Source: Candidatus Marinacidobacterium sp.
GTDB lineage: Bacteria; Acidobacteriota; Vicinamibacteria; Marinacidobacterales; Marinacidobacteraceae
Assembly (NCBI GenBank): GCA_965220965.1
Contig: CBDCRI010000001.1
Location: 192,001 to 256,000 of the forward strand
DNA: 64,000 nucleotides
Direction: 5' to 3'
Shown: piece after piece, positions 61,653 to 64,000 of the stretch
Layout: the number at the start of each line of letters is the position of its first letter
Position numbering within the stretch: position 1 is the stretch's first letter
Program-made: the position numbers and the translations under genes
The notes under the pieces: model-generated
What the model was told of the DNA's origin: nothing
Database searches by the model: none
The model's input: the letters and a program-made list of their open reading frames with translations, nothing else

Positions 61653-64000
61653 TCATGCGCCGGGGCGGGTGGACTTGCCCCCATGGACGGAGGGCTCCGA
61701 GCACCACTGGAGCCGAAGCAGGTTCAGGCCGTCCTTGAGTGAATCGGGGTAGCCAAGCGCACCGAACAGAACGGCCTCGTCCAGAGCCTTGCGAACCGGA
61801 TCGCGGTACGCTTCGTTGGCTGGCAGGAACTCATGCTCGCTGAAATCCACGAACGTCCTCTCCAAGCGCTGGCGTTGCGTTGCGGAGAGGCTCGCAACAT
61901 CGAAAACGGGCAGGTCGGGGACAGCGGATATGGAAAGTCTCGACCGCCCCTGCTGCTGCCTGGAGCCGCTCCACCAGTGCAGCATCAACCCCAAGGTAGT
62001 ATTTAGCCAAAGGAGCAACGGACGCTCGCAAGGCTCATTGCGGGGCAGCAGGTTTGGCCAAGCCGGGCCCCCGATACAGGGCAACGGTGTCAGGCAGGCA
62101 CCCAAGCTCTGGGAATTGAGCCGGAAGTCCTGATTGTAGTGCAGGCGCGACGCAGTGGCGCCCCATGTGGCAGCCGCCTGGTCGCGCATGCCCGGCCTGA
62201 CCTTTCCCCGCGATTTGGGCTCAACAATGAGGCGGCGCTCAGTATCTGCTCGGTGGCTCCACAGTGCCGGATAGGTTGGAGCCCCCCGTCCGTCCCAAGG
62301 CTCCACGTCAAACGCTCCCCTCCCGTCCTTGCCATTGATGTCCCGATGCAAAAGGCCTCGACCAGCGATTTTCGCCAGCTTCACGATGGGGAAGTCAATG
62401 GAACGAGCTTGTCGTGGAAGCCGCAGACGGCCGCCACGGAGGCCGACCAGAGTGTCAGCAACTTCGGCCTCCAGAACACCGACCGCCCCGGTGTCGGCGA
62501 AGGTACCGGCAACGCCAATCCTGCCAAGCTGGATGGCCCTTGCCACCTCGTGCGCTTCCATGGCGGTTTTCGGCCTACGACGCAGGCTTACGAAGCGAGC
62601 TGTGGCCTTGGCGGCGCCAATGCCCTTCTCAGTTCGGGTGGCCACCACGAGGCACTCCGCCATGCTTGTGTCGGCGGAGAAGGCGCGGTCTTGGGAGCCG
62701 CTTACGGCCATTGACGCCACGGTGACGTCATCGTAGAACCGTTCGAGCGCACCTCGGGCGCGCTCCCAGGACCGCCCCGCCGCAAAAGTTAAAGGCAAGA
62801 CAAGCGCCAGGACTCCCCCTTTCCTTACCTTTTCGTGGGCCAGATCCATGAAGTGCGATGCGAGCCCCGCGTTGCCATGGCCGAAAAGCTTCTCATGTCT
62901 CTTGAGCTTTTCGGCCATGGCATCTTGCTCCGCTGTTGAGGTCCCGAACCCGGCAAAGGCGGGGACTGGGATGTCGGCCTTTTCCGCCTCGTGGTTTGTG
63001 GACCTAGGGAAGGGAGGGTTCATGATCACGAGATCGAACGAGGCCTGCTCGACGTTGAAACCTCCACCGCCATCCTCAGCCGAACCGGTCGGTGACATCC
63101 CCCTCCCTCCGAAGTCGTCGCCCCTGTTGAGGCCAGAAGATTCGAACAGCCCGTGCGCGACATCGCCGAATCGGAGGTCAAGAGCCCCAATGTACGCCGT
63201 ATCCGCCGGGAGGCCGCGGCTCTCGGACAGTTTCCCGTCCAAGCCGTACGGCAAAACCCGGACCAAAGACTGTTCGTAGCGTGCGCTCGGGTGCGCGCTT
63301 GACAGCATGGACGCGGTTAGGTGCGCCGCCGAGGGCATGATGTCCGTCCCCAGAAGAACCTTCTCCATGAAGCTGTGGTGTAGCACGGCATCGTCCAAGC
63401 CGGCCCTGCGAACCCTGCGGTACATCGCCCTTTGGGCCGCGGCGAGCAGCGCGCCGGTTCCGCAGGCGAAGTCCGCGACCCTCAGTGACTTGACCGCCTC
63501 TGGATCGGACCAGTCGACGGGCAGCTTGGAGATGGCTAGATCGGCCAGCAGGCTGGCAGATGCTGGCAGCGTGTAGAAGGTCCCGAGAAGCTTTCGATCC
63601 GTGATTAGCGTCTGGAACATGCGTGCGGCGAGATCATGGAAGGTTGACGCGCCGACGTCGACGAGGTTCGCTGCCACCTCGCCGGCCCGTCCAAGCAGGC
63701 CATTCGCCAACCGGGCGGGAAGCGGATCGAGCACGGACCTCGCAATGCTGAAGACAGGCCAGTAGTTGACCTTGAGAATCCGGTCCCAGCAGCGCACGAC
63801 GCGGCTTTTGAGGTAGCCCCTAGGCCCTTGCCCTTCCTTCACGTAAGGGATCCCGCGCTGCCCCTCTATGGCGTGGTGGAAGATGAACGCATTAACGATG
63901 ATCGCCGTGGCCATCCGCGTCGTCTGCGCGCCGGGCTCCTGGTGCAGAGCCTCGGCAACTCGGTCCATGGCTTCCGTGCCAACTGCCGACGCATCCAGCG
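61653..64000 (-). CDS. type IIG/Eco57I-like N6-adenine methyltransferase (R-M fusion type); 5' end outside the window
   Basis: LGTFYT, VADFACGTGALL, GTDIMP, VIMNPPF, LALVLP; visibly lower GC than the rest of the window. Confidence 0.88.
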   Translation of the reverse strand, partial: LDASAVGTEAMDRVAEALHQEPGAQTTRMATAIIVNAFIFHHAIEGQRGIPYVKEGQGPRGYLKSRVVRCWDRILKVNYWPVFSIARSVLDPLPARLANGLLGRAGEVAANLVDVGASTFHDLAARMFQTLITDRKLLGTFYTLPASASLLADLAISKLPVDWSDPEAVKSLRVADFACGTGALLAAAQRAMYRRVRRAGLDDAVLHHSFMEKVLLGTDIMPSAAHLTASMLSSAHPSARYEQSLVRVLPYGLDGKLSESRGLPADTAYIGALDLRFGDVAHGLFESSGLNRGDDFGGRGMSPTGSAEDGGGGFNVEQASFDLVIMNPPFPRSTNHEAEKADIPVPAFAGFGTSTAEQDAMAEKLKRHEKLFGHGNAGLASHFMDLAHEKVRKGGVLALVLPLTFAAGRSWERARGALERFYDDVTVASMAVSGSQDRAFSADTSMAECLVVATRTEKGIGAAKATARFVSLRRRPKTAMEAHEVARAIQLGRIGVAGTFADTGAVGVLEAEVADTLVGLRGGRLRLPRQARSIDFPIVKLAKIAGRGLLHRDINGKDGRGAFDVEPWDGRGAPTYPALWSHRADTERRLIVEPKSRGKVRPGMRDQAAATWGATASRLHYNQDFRLNSQSLGACLTPLPCIGGPAWPNLLPRNEPCERPLLLWLNTTLGLMLHWWSGSRQQQGRSRLSISAVPDLPVFDVASLSATQRQRLERTFVDFSEHEFLPANEAYRDPVRKALDEAVLFGALGYPDSLKDGLNLLRLQWCSEPSVHGGKSTRPGA

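Noticed and set aside
1-64000. Prophage or jumbo phage identity
   Set aside because: Phage-like metabolic genes are present but no terminase, capsid, tail or lysis genes; RepA, iterons and pilin favour a plasmid. A phage-plasmid cannot be excluded from this window.

Overview
This is a very GC-rich (roughly 75% by eye), gene-dense segment of what looks like a large plasmid or plasmid-like element. It carries a RepA-type initiator (45811-47064) beside a 12-copy, 20-bp-period iteron array and an AT-rich patch, plus a type IVb-like pilin. I saw no phage structural genes, T4SS genes, rRNA, tRNA or CRISPR. The cargo is mostly nucleic-acid metabolism (ExoI, RecJ, AEP primase-like protein, class II RNR, RNase R-like protein, two N6-adenine MTases, PAPS-reductase-like, HD and metallophosphoesterase proteins, DUF3310), surface lipoproteins/peptidases, TA-like genes and locally duplicated paralogs. 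Main findings: (1) about 27 of about 60 proteins end in Pro, usually after a basic tail and about 18 as P-x-P, a candidate translocation or stability tag; (2) a PurZ/PurZ0-like adenylosuccinate-synthetase paralog with Ser replacing the catalytic Asp; (3) two proteins built from a class II RNR scaffold with the catalytic core deleted; (4) several intact ORFs that have lost catalytic residues; (5) a candidate sRNA with a C-rich loop. All family calls come from motif recognition by eye, not database searches. Most long ORFs in the supplied track are GC shadow frames.
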